Positions 17,039 through 25,868 of a stretch of DNA of 44,888 bases are shown in pieces; the stretch's first letter is position 1; each line of letters starts with the position of its first letter. Source of the stretch: Bacteroidota bacterium (lineage in GTDB: Bacteria; Bacteroidota; Bacteroidia; Chitinophagales; LD1); contig JAZKEP010000132.1 in the NCBI GenBank assembly GCA_040387015.1, forward strand, positions 3,261 through 48,148, in the 5' to 3' direction. Under the pieces are notes generated by a model that did not search any database, was not told the origin of the DNA, and was given only the letters and a program-made list of their open reading frames with translations. The position numbers and the translations under genes were made by a program.

Positions 17039-18477
17039 GATTTTATAAATACATTTTTTGCTTCCGTGAAAAACCGCAGCGCCTCCCAGCCACCTTCTCT
17101 GCCCACTCCGCTTTGCTTTACTCCGCCAAATGGCGTGCGCAAATCGCGCACGAGCCAACTGTTTATCCAAACTAGGCCAGCTTCTATTTTCTCAGCAACA
17201 CGATGAGCGCGTTTTAAATCATTTGTCCAAATGGAAGATGACAGTCCATACTTTACGCTATTCGCCATCATCAACGCTTCTTCTTCATTTTCAAAAGGAG
17301 TAAGCGTAACCACCGGGCCGAAAATTTCTTCCTGTTGTGTTCTGCATTTATAGTCTAATCCGTCAATTACGGTTGGCTCTATGAAATATCCATTCGCACA
17401 TCTTCCATCAATTTTCAACTCATTTCCCCCGCACAAAATTTTCCCGCCTTCTTCTTTTGCCAGCTTTATGTAGGACAGCACCTTCTCTTTATGCTGCTCA
17501 GAAACAATTGCTCCCATATTTGAGCTGTCATCATTTGGGTCGCCAACTTTTAAAGTTTTCACTCTTCCTACAAACGCATCTCTGAACTTCCCATAAATTG
17601 ATTTCTCAATAAAAATGCGCGAGCCGCAAAGGCAAATTTCACCCTGGTTGCTGAAAGAGGCTGTTACCACCTGTTTCACGGTTTCTTCAAAATCACAATC
17701 AGCAAAAACTAGCGTTGGGTTTTTCCCTCCAAGCTCAAGCGAAAGCTTCTTAAACATGGGTGCAGCAGTAGCAGCAATTCGCTTTCCGGTCTCTGTTCCT
17801 CCCGTGAATGAAATTGCCTTTATGTTTTCGTGTTCAACAATCGCCTGCCCTACTTTGTTGCCCAAGCCGTGAACGATATTCAAAACACCTTTCGGTAACC
17901 CTGCTTCGATGCAAACTTGTGAAAGAAGAAAAGCAGTGTATGGAGTTATCTCACTCGGCTTTGCTACCACACAATTTCCGGTGGCAAGTGCGGGCGCAAT
18001 TTTCCAGCTGAATAAATAAATAGGAAGATTCCAAGGAGAGATACAACCCACTACACCAATTGGTTGGCGCAACGTATAGTTGATGCCAACACCCGGCATT
18101 TGATGCGACTCTGATGCAAAGTGCTGAACAGCCGAAGCATAAAACCGGAAGTTGGAAATAGCTCTTGGTACATCAACGGCTTTTGCAAGTTTCAGCGGTT
18201 TGCCATTGTCTTTGCTTTCTGCGGCAACAAACTCTTCAAAACGTTTTTCAATGCCATCAGCAATCTTCATCAGCAACAGCATGCGCTCTTCCAAACCGGT
18301 TTTGCTCCAGGTTTTGAAAGCAGCCTTCGCTGCCTCCACTGCCATTTGCACATCGCGCTCATCGCTATCGGGGCAAAGCGAATACACTTTGCCCATGGCG
18401 GGCTCATAGTTATCGAGATATTTGCCCGATGCCGGCTCCTTTAGTTCACCGTTGATATAGTTGTTGATTCTTTCCAT
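17035..18477 (-). CDS. Aldehyde dehydrogenase, probable 2-aminomuconate/2-hydroxymuconate semialdehyde dehydrogenase (ALDH8A1-like)
   Basis: Start re-assigned to ATG 18477. Motifs ISPWNLPIYL, LELGGKN, NQGEICLCGSR, EEIFGPV and WLVRDLRTPFGG. Confidence 0.9.
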   Translation of the reverse strand: MERINNYINGELKEPASGKYLDNYEPAMGKVYSLCPDSDERDVQMAVEAAKAAFKTWSKTGLEERMLLLMKIADGIEKRFEEFVAAESKDNGKPLKLAKAVDVPRAISNFRFYASAVQHFASESHQMPGVGINYTLRQPIGVVGCISPWNLPIYLFSWKIAPALATGNCVVAKPSEITPYTAFLLSQVCIEAGLPKGVLNIVHGLGNKVGQAIVEHENIKAISFTGGTETGKRIAATAAPMFKKLSLELGGKNPTLVFADCDFEETVKQVVTASFSNQGEICLCGSRIFIEKSIYGKFRDAFVGRVKTLKVGDPNDDSSNMGAIVSEQHKEKVLSYIKLAKEEGGKILCGGNELKIDGRCANGYFIEPTVIDGLDYKCRTQQEEIFGPVVTLTPFENEEEALMMANSVKYGLSSSIWTNDLKRAHRVAEKIEAGLVWINSWLVRDLRTPFGGVKQSGVGREGGWEALRFFTEAKNVFIKS

Positions 18478-18536
18478 TGTGCTTTTGCGAATGTAACAAC
18501 ACAAATTGATTACCATTAATTCCGAAAACAAAACAT

Positions 18537-19949
18537 ATGCAAAAGCAATCCACCTTTTATGCGGTCGTTTCCATTTTCTTTTTCTGGGGTTTTATGGCTG
18601 CCAGCAATGGTATCTTCATTCCTTTTTGTAAAGAACACTTTCAGCTTACGCAGTTTCAGAGCCAGTTGATTGACTCTACTTTTTATGGCGGTTACTTTAT
18701 CGGCTCCCTCCTTCTGTTCCTTTATACCTTTCTCAAGAAGAAAGATTTTGTAAACGAACACGGCTATGCCAAATCTTTTTCAATCGGGCTGATTATTTCT
18801 GCGGTGGGCGCCTTGTGTATGATACCTTCTCTTCACATTGGCAGCTACGGATTGATTCTTACGTCCTTCTTCATCATCGCTCTCGGTTTTTGTTTGCAGC
18901 AAACTGCTGCTAATCCTTTTGTTGTTCTACTAGGCGAAGAACGAACAGGAGCACATCGTTTGAATTTGGCGGGAGGGATTAATTCTTTCGGCACTACGAT
19001 AGGTCCTTTAATTGTTGCTTACTTTTTATTTGGCGGTATTTCAATTGCGAAAACTTCAAGCACCGTTGACCTGAAAAACGTTGACATGCTTTATGGAATT
19101 TTAATCGCACTTTTTATTGCCCTTGCGGTTTTACTCCGCGCAATAAAAATTGAAGAGAAGATACAAACCGAAGAGCAGAATTTTTCTCTTGCAGCGCTTA
19201 AGTATCCGCAGTTGGTAATGGGAATGGTTGCCATTTTTGCTTATGTAGGCGTGGAGGTTACTATTCAAAGCAACATGGGTGCCTTGCTCAACACACCCGA
19301 ATACGGCAGCATCCCCAGCAACTTAATTTTCCCCTTCATCTCTTTGTATTGGGGTAGCTTGATGATTGGCCGCTGGACAGGCGCCAGCGAATCGCTTTCG
19401 GAGAATAAGAACACACGGAAAATTTTGCAGGTTGTTCTTCCGTTCATTGCGTTTACGGTGGTGTATGTAGTTAACCTGCTTAAAGCACAGGGTATGGAAA
19501 ACGTTCACCTGAACGATGTGTTTTTCCCTTATCTCGGTTTTGTAGTGCTGATGGTGGTGGTGTCTTATTTCTCCATCGAGAACTCGGCTAAAATGCTTTT
19601 TGCTTTTGCCAGCGCAGCAGTGCTTTGTATGCTTGGAGGCATGTTTACCGAGGGCAATCTTTCCATCCTGTTTTTTCTGAGCGGTGGTTTATGGTGCTCG
19701 GTAATGTGGCCTTGCATTTTTGCTAACGCTATTAAAAATATGGGCGACTACACTTCGCAGGCTTCTTCGTTTTTAATTATGATGATTCTTGGCGGGGCAG
19801 TGATTCCTCCTTTTCAAGGTTGGCTGGCCGATGTAACCAATATTAAGATGAGCTACATTGTTGCTCCGGTTTGTTTCGCGTATCTTGCTTATTACGGTTG
19901 GTGGGCTATGAACCACAACAAAGGTGCGGAGACCAAGGTGGCGCACTAG
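18537..19949 (+). CDS. MFS sugar transporter, FucP/GluP-like
   Basis: FFFWGF, LQQTAANP, RLNLAGGINSFGTTIGP, YVGVEV, YWGSLMIGR and MMILGGAVIP motifs. Confidence 0.9.
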   Translation: MQKQSTFYAVVSIFFFWGFMAASNGIFIPFCKEHFQLTQFQSQLIDSTFYGGYFIGSLLLFLYTFLKKKDFVNEHGYAKSFSIGLIISAVGALCMIPSLHIGSYGLILTSFFIIALGFCLQQTAANPFVVLLGEERTGAHRLNLAGGINSFGTTIGPLIVAYFLFGGISIAKTSSTVDLKNVDMLYGILIALFIALAVLLRAIKIEEKIQTEEQNFSLAALKYPQLVMGMVAIFAYVGVEVTIQSNMGALLNTPEYGSIPSNLIFPFISLYWGSLMIGRWTGASESLSENKNTRKILQVVLPFIAFTVVYVVNLLKAQGMENVHLNDVFFPYLGFVVLMVVVSYFSIENSAKMLFAFASAAVLCMLGGMFTEGNLSILFFLSGGLWCSVMWPCIFANAIKNMGDYTSQASSFLIMMILGGAVIPPFQGWLADVTNIKMSYIVAPVCFAYLAYYGWWAMNHNKGAETKVAH

Positions 19950-19955
19950 AATCTT

Positions 19956-20417
19956 ATGCAATCTCCTTTTCAGTTTGAAGTAGCTGCCTGTTTGCTGTTT
20001 GATAAAAACGGCAAGCTCCTCATTTATCTTCGTGATGATAAGCCCGGCATTTCATTTCCCAACCACTGGGATTTGTTTGGAGGCATTATAGAAGAAGGTG
20101 AAACTCCCGAGCAAGCGCTGGTGCGCGAAGTGAAAGAAGAAATAGGAATTGACCTTAAGGAATTTAAGTTCTTTAAAACATTCGACTGTGTGGAAGGCGA
20201 CATACAACCCAACCGCAAATACATTTACTACGTTCAAATCAACCACCTGCCCGAAGACCTGAAACTGCTTGACGTAGGCCAGCGTATTGTGAGCATTGAT
20301 TTGAACGAGATAGGCAACTACCCTTTTGCCAATATCCTGTTTGATATAGTTGAAGACTTTGCGAATTCCGGAATTGATGTTCCCAAAAGTGCAGAAGGCG
20401 ATGTACCGGTAACGTAG
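19956..20417 (+). CDS. NUDIX hydrolase
   Basis: Nudix box GGIIEEGETPEQALVREVKEEIG. Confidence 0.92.
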   Translation: MQSPFQFEVAACLLFDKNGKLLIYLRDDKPGISFPNHWDLFGGIIEEGETPEQALVREVKEEIGIDLKEFKFFKTFDCVEGDIQPNRKYIYYVQINHLPEDLKLLDVGQRIVSIDLNEIGNYPFANILFDIVEDFANSGIDVPKSAEGDVPVT

Positions 20418-20493
20418 ATTATATTGGGTGAAATGCGTGCCATTCAATCTGGTTGAAATAGCTGCATCACAAAAATTTTTATAGATTAGTTAA

Positions 20494-21147
20494 ATGAAAC
20501 TCACCATCCGATGTTTAAGTCTGCTCCTTCTTATTTCGGTTAAATCAGTTAGCACAGCGCAGGATTTTATTCTTGATAAAAACGGCAGAGAGGAGAAAGT
20601 GCGGATATTGGGCATGAATGAACGTAAAATTGAGTTTAGAAATTACAGACAACCTTCATTTGACCACCGCACTTTTGGTTATAAAAAAGTAAACGCGCTG
20701 GCCATTAAATATGAAAACGGTTCAATTGTTAACGGGCACGGACTGCCCATTACAAATGAAAATTACGATTATATAAAACACAATGCACTCAGTAAAACAT
20801 ATTTTAAAAAAGGCATACCTGCTCTTTGCTTTGCGGGTACTTTCGTAATTGCAGGTATTAGTTTATTAGGCTATGGTTTAAATGCAAAACGGGAATTAGG
20901 TAAAAATCCTGAATGGGATCAGCGTAGCGCAAACTATCTTATCATTTCCGGGGCATGTACCATCATTCCTGCAATTCCGTTAGGTATTGTTGGTTCAGTG
21001 CTGACATTTAGAGGTGTAAAAAGCAGAAAAAAAGCAGACGCTTTAAAACCTTCCGTCAGTTTTAGTCCTTTAATAGGCCCGAATATCGATTACAGCGGAC
21101 AGGCAGTAAATTTTAAAACCGGTTTAACTACAACTTTTATTTTTTAA
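20494..21147 (+). CDS. Hypothetical exported/membrane protein
   Basis: Signal peptide, two hydrophobic Gly-rich helices and a C-terminal Phe. Confidence 0.75.
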   Translation: MKLTIRCLSLLLLISVKSVSTAQDFILDKNGREEKVRILGMNERKIEFRNYRQPSFDHRTFGYKKVNALAIKYENGSIVNGHGLPITNENYDYIKHNALSKTYFKKGIPALCFAGTFVIAGISLLGYGLNAKRELGKNPEWDQRSANYLIISGACTIIPAIPLGIVGSVLTFRGVKSRKKADALKPSVSFSPLIGPNIDYSGQAVNFKTGLTTTFIF

Positions 21148-21171
21148 AACTTTACCCTTTCCCAGCATACA

Positions 21172-21606
21172 ATGAAAGCCAAACTGTTTTTGTTTCTACT
21201 TATTATATCAGGCTTTAGCGGTTGTAGAAAACTGATAAATATCGATTCGGATTATGTAGGCGTGTGGCGCGGAGGATACTATGGCAGTAGGTACTATAAA
21301 CTAAATATTACTGAAGATGGCGGTGCAGAATACGAGCGGAAATTCCAGGGAGGTGGTCCATCACAATATGGTTATGAGCGTTGGTACGGTCCTTTAAAAT
21401 CGAACGGCAGGCGTTTTCAAATTGCATATTCAAGCCCGTGGTTTATTATTATTGAAAATCCCGTGCTTACAAACGATGACTGCCGATCTCTGTTTTTTAG
21501 TTCGGATAGCACCTATTTAAAGAACAACTGGAGGATAAAATTTAAATATCCAAAAACCATTGGTTACGATGGTGCTGAAGTGGTTATGTACCGTCATCAG
21601 TTTTAG
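21172..21606 (+). CDS. Hypothetical lipoprotein
   Basis: MKAKLFLFLLIISGFSGC lipobox-like signal, followed by YVGVWRG (lipocalin-like GxW). Confidence 0.75.
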   Translation: MKAKLFLFLLIISGFSGCRKLINIDSDYVGVWRGGYYGSRYYKLNITEDGGAEYERKFQGGGPSQYGYERWYGPLKSNGRRFQIAYSSPWFIIIENPVLTNDDCRSLFFSSDSTYLKNNWRIKFKYPKTIGYDGAEVVMYRHQF

Positions 21607-21659
21607 AGAGCTACGCAACTTTGCCAGTAACGAAGATTGAATGAGAAGCGGCAAACGTT

Positions 21660-21749
21660 TTAGTGTTTGTAGAATTCCGTTTCCATCAATTCTCCCTCCG
21701 CAGAGTACTTAAGGCTTATATGTTCTTTATCTTTTACCACCACCCTCAT
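21660..21749 (-). pseudogene. Possible gene remnant (C-terminal fragment, PepSY/BLIP-like appearance)
   Basis: MRVVVKDKEHISLKYSAEGELMETEFYKH*. A 1-nt shift would give KLYE-VVVKDKE. Lies 11 nt from the inverted-repeat element. Confidence 0.25.
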
Positions 21750-21760
21750 ATAATTTGGAT

Positions 21761-21974
21761 GCCTTTAGGGAAGACTTCAGTGTCTTTAAGGTTGACCCGG
21801 GAGCCTCTAAGTATGACTCTGGAACCTCTAAGGTTGACTCCGGAACTTCTAAGTATCACTCCGGAGCATCTAAGGTTGACTTGGGAGCCTCTAAGTATGA
21901 CTTCGGAACCATCCTTTTGAGAAAATGATTGCTCCGAAGTCGACCTTAAAGACACTGAAGTTTTACCTAAAGGC
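21761..21974. repeat. 214-bp element: about 44-bp terminal inverted repeats enclosing a 21-bp tandem array (MITE-like, non-autonomous)
   Basis: Left end GCCTTTAGGGAAGACTTCAGTGTCTTTAAGGTTGAC matches the reverse complement of the right end, GCCTTTAGGTAAAACTTCAGTGTCTTTAAGGTCGAC, at 33/36. Units start at 21766, 21787, 21808, 21829, 21850, 21871 and 21892. Confidence 0.9.
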
Positions 21975-22076
21975 GGTTTTGTGACAAATATTGTCGGTTT
22001 CTAACTCAATGATGGTTTTCTACTAGAAACTAGATTGGAAAGGAACCAACCCGAAGGGCTCTTTAAGCTTATAGGT

Positions 22077-22874
22077 CTAAAGACTGCCTGTTCTTCCACC
22101 GTCCACCGGCACATTAATGCCGTTAATGTAAGACGCAGCCGGAGAAGCCAGAAACGCCACCGCAGCCGCCACTTCTTCGGGTTTGGCAAAGCGCGCCATG
22201 GGAATTTCGCGCATCATTTCTTCGCGCACCATGTCTTCATCCCAGCCTGTTTTATCTACGCGGTTTTTGATGATGCTTTTCATGCGGTCGGTGTCGGTGG
22301 CTCCGGGCAGCACATTGTTTACCGTAATGCCAAAAGCACCCAGCTCGTTGGCCATGGTTTTGGCCCAGTTGGCAACAGCCGCACGAATGGTGTTGCTCAC
22401 GCCAAGATTGGCGAGAGGCTGCTTTACCGAAGTGGAAATAATATTTATAATTCTGCCGTACCCGCTCTTCTTCATTCCTTCGACAAACATTTTTGTAAGC
22501 ACATGATTGTTTAACAGGTGTGCTTCAAACGCGCTCACAAATTCTTTTTCCTCCGAATCAAAAATTTTTCCCGATGGCGGGCCGCCTGTATTATTGATAA
22601 GGATATGATAGGTCTTGTTTGTTTTCTTCAGATGCTTTTGAACCGCGCTTCGCACCTTTTCATGATTCGAAAAGTCAACGGCCACTGAATCATGATGTTG
22701 TTCGGCTTTGCTGATAAAGCTGAGGTCAATTAAGCCCTGCATCAGTGCCGGTTCATCTCTTCCTACAAGCGTTATATTGGCGCCAAGCTTTGCCAGTTCC
22801 ATGGCTACAGCACGTCCAATTCCTTTGCTGCTTCCACCTACGAAAGCATTTTTTCCTGTAAGGTCCAGATTCAT
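22077..22874 (-). CDS. Atypical SDR family oxidoreductase (BKR-like, lacking the catalytic Tyr)
   Basis: GGSSKGIG, NNTGGPP, SNTIR in place of YxxxK, VNNVLPG and VDGG motifs. Confidence 0.92.
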   Translation of the reverse strand: MNLDLTGKNAFVGGSSKGIGRAVAMELAKLGANITLVGRDEPALMQGLIDLSFISKAEQHHDSVAVDFSNHEKVRSAVQKHLKKTNKTYHILINNTGGPPSGKIFDSEEKEFVSAFEAHLLNNHVLTKMFVEGMKKSGYGRIINIISTSVKQPLANLGVSNTIRAAVANWAKTMANELGAFGITVNNVLPGATDTDRMKSIIKNRVDKTGWDEDMVREEMMREIPMARFAKPEEVAAAVAFLASPAASYINGINVPVDGGRTGSL

Positions 22875-22917
22875 TTGTTAGTTTATTTTTACAATCGTAA
22901 ATCTAAAATTAATCATC

Positions 22918-23430
22918 ATGGTTACACGACCTTTCAATTTTAAAAAGTGGATTGATGAGCACCGCCACCTGCTAAAGCCGCCTGTAATGAACCAGGTAGT
23001 TTATAAAGGCAACGATGATTTTATTGTAATGGTGGTAGGCGGGCCGAACAAGCGTAAAGATTTTCACTATAACGAAACCGAGGAGTTTTTCTACCAGCTG
23101 GAAGGAAACATTGTGGTGAAGATTCTGGAGGACGGAAAGATTGTGGACATGAATATTAACGAGGGAGATATTTTTCTGCTGCCCGCACGCACTCCGCACT
23201 CTCCCCGAAGAACGGAAGGCAGTGTTGGTTTGGTAATGGAAATAAACCGCCCTACCGATGTGCTGGATGCTTTTATGTGGTTCTGCGAAAACTGCAGTAA
23301 CAAGTTGTATGAAGAAAAACTGCGAGTAGATGATATAGTAAAAGATTTGCCGGACGTGATGGAGCGCTTTTACTCGAACAAAGATTTATGCACGTGCATA
23401 AAATGCGGAAAGGTAATGGAGAAACCGTAG
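22918..23430 (+). CDS. nbaC: 3-hydroxyanthranilate 3,4-dioxygenase
   Basis: LLKPPV, VGGPNKRKDFHYNETEEFFYQLEG and PHSPRR motifs, plus a rubredoxin-like CENC...CIKC site. Confidence 0.95.
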   Translation: MVTRPFNFKKWIDEHRHLLKPPVMNQVVYKGNDDFIVMVVGGPNKRKDFHYNETEEFFYQLEGNIVVKILEDGKIVDMNINEGDIFLLPARTPHSPRRTEGSVGLVMEINRPTDVLDAFMWFCENCSNKLYEEKLRVDDIVKDLPDVMERFYSNKDLCTCIKCGKVMEKP

Positions 23431-23431
23431 A

Positions 23432-24820
23432 CTATTCTTTAATCAATTTTACAGAAGAAGTTATTCCGCCTGCTTTAATTGCCAATAAATAAAATCCCGA
23501 AGGCAGGTTGCGGAGTGATAACTCTGTATTTGCATTTTTAAAATGCCTGATTAATTGCCCCACTTCATTATACAGGGTTGCGCTTTCCACTTTGCCGCTT
23601 CCAGCATCAATTCTGAAACTATTGGCCACAGGATTAGGATAGACTTTAACCGCATCTGCTTTTACTTCTACTGCTCCGGTATTTATCCGGGTAATTCCCA
23701 ACGCACTATCAGCATTCAGCACAAACAGACCGTTTTGCATATCAGCGACAATAATGTGCTTACTGGGCAGCTGCGTATAAGCACCCCAGGCCCCCGCGAA
23801 TGAACCAACAGCGGAATCAGTGGCTGTTTGGTAGTGGGTGTCAAAATAGCCTGTTCTTATTGGCGATGCAGGGTTTGTAAAGTCAAAAATTTGCAGTCCG
23901 TCTTCATAATAAGCAATGGCAACGTGGTTGTTATCGCACAAAAACGGATTGTGCGGAGTTGCCAGAGAACCACTGGAGAGGGTATCAATCACTTCCAAAT
24001 CATTAGGGCTGTTAATTCGTACCGACTTAACCGGAAGCCCTTCCGGAACTTCATCCAACATTACTAGATGATTTCCGTCTGCTGCTAAACAAGAGCTATG
24101 GTTATATCCCTGAAAAGAATATTGGGTTAACGAGCCAATCAGTTGAAAGTGATTAGCAGTATCTAAGTTGAAAACGTGTAGACCATCGTAGCCACAAGAA
24201 GCATAAATAGTATCGTTCTGTACAAACATATCATGAACGTTTCCGGTTATAGACCCGTAATCCTGCTCTAGCTTTCGAAGTAAAACAGGCAATGCAGGAT
24301 TGTCTAAACTGTATACGGACATAGCGGACTTTTGTCCATTCCCAAAAGTAGTGGCTCCGGAATAGAGCTTATCTCCATCAATAAAAATGGTATGGCTTTG
24401 CTTAAAAATGGTGGCATCATCGTAAACGACCACCGCGCTATCCGGTAGAAAAGATAAATCGACAATCTGCAGGCTATTAACTACCGGGTCATCGCTTACC
24501 ATGTAAACATAATGCTGATATACTTTATACTCTCTCCATGTGCAGCCGTTTCTTCTTCCGTAAATACGGGCAATACGCACAGGTAGATAAGGATCCGTAA
24601 TATCTATGATATGCAATCCATTTTCTGCACCCAAAAGAGCGTATTCACGACCATTTGAAGCATATCCCCAAATTCCGGAATAGCGGCTGCCAACCTGCGA
24701 TAGAACGGTAATAGTGGTATCATCCCAACGACTTAGTAGTTCAATTTTCTCATGGTCATAGTTTTGTGCCCATACATGAGAAGAGTAAAGGCAGCAAATG
24801 ACGAGGAGGAGTTTTTTCAT
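23432..24820 (-). CDS. Choice-of-anchor B / LVIVD-repeat beta-propeller protein with T9SS type A C-terminal domain
   Basis: Signal peptide, SGIWGY..NGREYA, TWREYK, YNHS, TPHNPF and GAWGAY motifs. CTD is VYPNP...LPSGFYLL...KLIKE. Confidence 0.88.
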   Translation of the reverse strand: MKKLLLVICCLYSSHVWAQNYDHEKIELLSRWDDTTITVLSQVGSRYSGIWGYASNGREYALLGAENGLHIIDITDPYLPVRIARIYGRRNGCTWREYKVYQHYVYMVSDDPVVNSLQIVDLSFLPDSAVVVYDDATIFKQSHTIFIDGDKLYSGATTFGNGQKSAMSVYSLDNPALPVLLRKLEQDYGSITGNVHDMFVQNDTIYASCGYDGLHVFNLDTANHFQLIGSLTQYSFQGYNHSSCLAADGNHLVMLDEVPEGLPVKSVRINSPNDLEVIDTLSSGSLATPHNPFLCDNNHVAIAYYEDGLQIFDFTNPASPIRTGYFDTHYQTATDSAVGSFAGAWGAYTQLPSKHIIVADMQNGLFVLNADSALGITRINTGAVEVKADAVKVYPNPVANSFRIDAGSGKVESATLYNEVGQLIRHFKNANTELSLRNLPSGFYLLAIKAGGITSSVKLIKE

Positions 24821-24828
24821 GGAGTCAT

Positions 24829-25782
24829 TTAAAAAACTGCTTTCGCAATCTCTATTGTAGCTTCACTCCGGCTCATGGTGTAGTAATGCAGGCAAGGAAC
24901 ACCTGCAGTCTTCAGTTCTTTCGATTGCTGAATAGCCCATTCAATACCCACACGCTTTACCGCTTTATCGTCCTTACAGTCTTCTACTGCTGAGGCTAAA
25001 TCTTCCGGAATATCAATGTGAAACATTTTTGGGAGTACAGAAAGTTGCGATTTAGTGGCAAGTGCTTTTAAGCCCGGGATAATAGGAACATTGATTCCCA
25101 TAGCGCGGCATTTCTCAACAAACTCAAAATATTTTTTGTTGTCGTAGAACATCTGGGTAACAATATAATCGGAGCCTTGGTCAACTTTATGCTTCAGCCA
25201 TTTCATATCGGTATTCAGGTTAGGCGCTTCGAAATGTTTTTCGGGATAGCCTGCTACGCCAATACAGAATTGTGTTTTCAATTCATTCTCGGTTTCCTCA
25301 TGCAAAAATTTTCCTTTATTCATATTAGCTACCTGATGAACCAGGTCGCAGGCATATTTGTATGCCGAGGGCTTAGCGGGAGTTTTGGGATTCTTATCCT
25401 GGTCGCCCTGCAAAAGCAAAAGGTTGTTAATGCCGAGATAATAAAGAGTGAACAAAGCATCCTCGGTTTCTTCAGGGGTAAAGCCCCCGCATACAAGGTG
25501 AGGTACGGTATCTACATTGAACCTTCCTTTAATAGCCGCACAAATGCCCACCGTGCCGGGACGCTTGCGCAAAGGCACTTCCTCCACCAAACCGTCAGGC
25601 CGCTTTTTATAAATAATCTCTTCGCGGTGATAAGTCACATCAATAAAAGGCGGTTTGAAATCCATTAAAGGCTCAATCACTTTCAACAAATCATCAATCG
25701 TCTTTCCTTTTTGCGGAGGAAGAACTTCTATGCTGAAAAGTGTATTGCCATTTGCTTTGGCGAGATGTTCGGTAACTTTCAC
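24829..25782 (-). CDS. metF: 5,10-methylenetetrahydrofolate reductase
   Basis: FSIEVLPP, FIDVTYH, VPHLVCGG, GVAGYPEKH, VTQMFYDN and LHYYTM motifs. GTG start. Confidence 0.95.
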   Translation of the reverse strand: MKVTEHLAKANGNTLFSIEVLPPQKGKTIDDLLKVIEPLMDFKPPFIDVTYHREEIIYKKRPDGLVEEVPLRKRPGTVGICAAIKGRFNVDTVPHLVCGGFTPEETEDALFTLYYLGINNLLLLQGDQDKNPKTPAKPSAYKYACDLVHQVANMNKGKFLHEETENELKTQFCIGVAGYPEKHFEAPNLNTDMKWLKHKVDQGSDYIVTQMFYDNKKYFEFVEKCRAMGINVPIIPGLKALATKSQLSVLPKMFHIDIPEDLASAVEDCKDDKAVKRVGIEWAIQQSKELKTAGVPCLHYYTMSRSEATIEIAKAVF

Positions 25783-25841
25783 TGGGCTGTTTTTTGAGCG
25801 CGCTAATGTAACGAACGATTTTAATTGTTAGAGATTACGGT

Positions 25842-25849
25842 TATATTTG
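25842..25849 (+). promoter_or_regulatory. -7 promoter element (TATATTTG) for the riboswitch-metH transcript
   Basis: Exact TAnnTTTG match about 20 nt upstream of riboswitch P1. A divergent TACATTAG (25803-25810, minus strand) may serve metF. Confidence 0.6.
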
Positions 25850-25868
25850 CCCTGCTCTTTGAATAAAT

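Noticed and set aside
21766-21912. 21-bp array as a CRISPR array
   Set aside because: The units are contiguous with no unique spacers, and there are no cas genes in the window.
21663-21955. ORFs 21663-21920 (+) and 21746-21955 (-) with heptad peptide repeats (LRLTREP/LSMTLEP)
   Set aside because: Open frames on both strands are a by-product of a 21-nt repeat, and the DNA-level inverted repeat explains the structure better. Translation is not fully excluded.
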